Below are positions 63,501 to 64,000 of a DNA stretch of 64,000 nt, piece after piece. The translations under genes and the position numbers were made by a program. Origin of the DNA: Mobula hypostoma. Its lineage: Eukaryota. The DNA lies in assembly GCF_963921235.1 (NCBI RefSeq), contig NC_086101.1, forward strand, positions 15,872,001-15,936,000, read 5' to 3'. Under the pieces are notes generated by a model. It was given only the letters and a program-made list of their open reading frames with translations. It had not been told where the DNA came from and searched no databases. The first letter of the stretch is position 1. Every line of letters begins with the position of its first letter.

Positions 63501-64000
63501 TTCCATGTCCCTTCTGCTCATTGTGATGGAATCTAACCCCAGGTTCCAATAATTCAGTGAGTGAAAAAGCCCCTCTTGTCTCATAAGGTCAGAGAAAAGG
63601 TTCTGTGGCCCATCGTTTCCGTGCCAATGATCAAACTGATCCTACCCTCACCAATTTTACCCTCATTGCATGCCTGTCAGCTCCTCCTCCAGCAGACTCT
63701 GCCGCTCATCTTATTTTTAGAGGCATCCGTTAGTCTCATGAGACCATGGATTTGCGCCTTGGAAGGGTTCCAGGGCGCAGGCCTGGGCAAGGTTGTATGG
63801 ATGACCGGCAATTGCTCATGTTGCAAGTCTCCCCTCTCCATGCCACCAATGTCGTCCAACAGCTGAGCAAGAATCTGAGAAGAAGGGAGTGAAGAAATCA
63901 TGTACAAAAAGTCTTTTGATTTTACACATTACTCGGGGATAAGGGACTGCACTGCGCAGGTACGGGACGTAGCGCGCCAAGGTTTAAAAACAGAGCACTA

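Larger units (their letters stand above)
55140..63715. repeat. Segmental duplication block B (3' end of the upstream paralog)
   Basis: Collinear with 395-8940. Confidence 0.9.

Overview
Repeat-dense genomic DNA from a cartilaginous fish, probably a ray (inferred from the CR1, Rex1/Babar, L1, Penelope-like and RTE repeat content). The host content is a tandem cluster of NKp30/NCR3-like immunoglobulin-superfamily receptor genes on the minus strand, which the ORF track shows only in fragments. Read by hand, the exons are: leader (46201-46159), V1 (44655-44317), V2 (28323-27994) and transmembrane (27193-27066). Together they give an open 279-aa protein with two germline-joined VJ-type domains and a His instead of the NKp30 Arg in the TM. 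A further phase-consistent chain of five small exons (12070-8454) encodes a 123-aa cytoplasmic tail with an ITIM (IQYAVI) and a DxxYxxL motif; I did not find the exon that would link it to the TM. A paralogous terminal exon at 63143-63027 marks the end of the next gene upstream. About 8 kb of 3' flank is duplicated (~0.4-8.9 kb vs ~55.1-63.7 kb). An older third partial copy lies at ~23.8-24.5 kb, and all three copies carry a CTCF-like motif in the same orientation. Notable mobile elements include a Gmr1-like Ty3/gypsy element (IN-RT-RH order) fused to the terminal exon, a nested Penelope-like element with ~244-bp inverted repeats and minimal hammerhead ribozymes, several solo LTRs with 5-bp TSDs, an internally deleted chromodomain LTR element and an internally deleted L1. 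All gene models are manual and lack transcript support. TE boundaries without a stated TSD are approximate.
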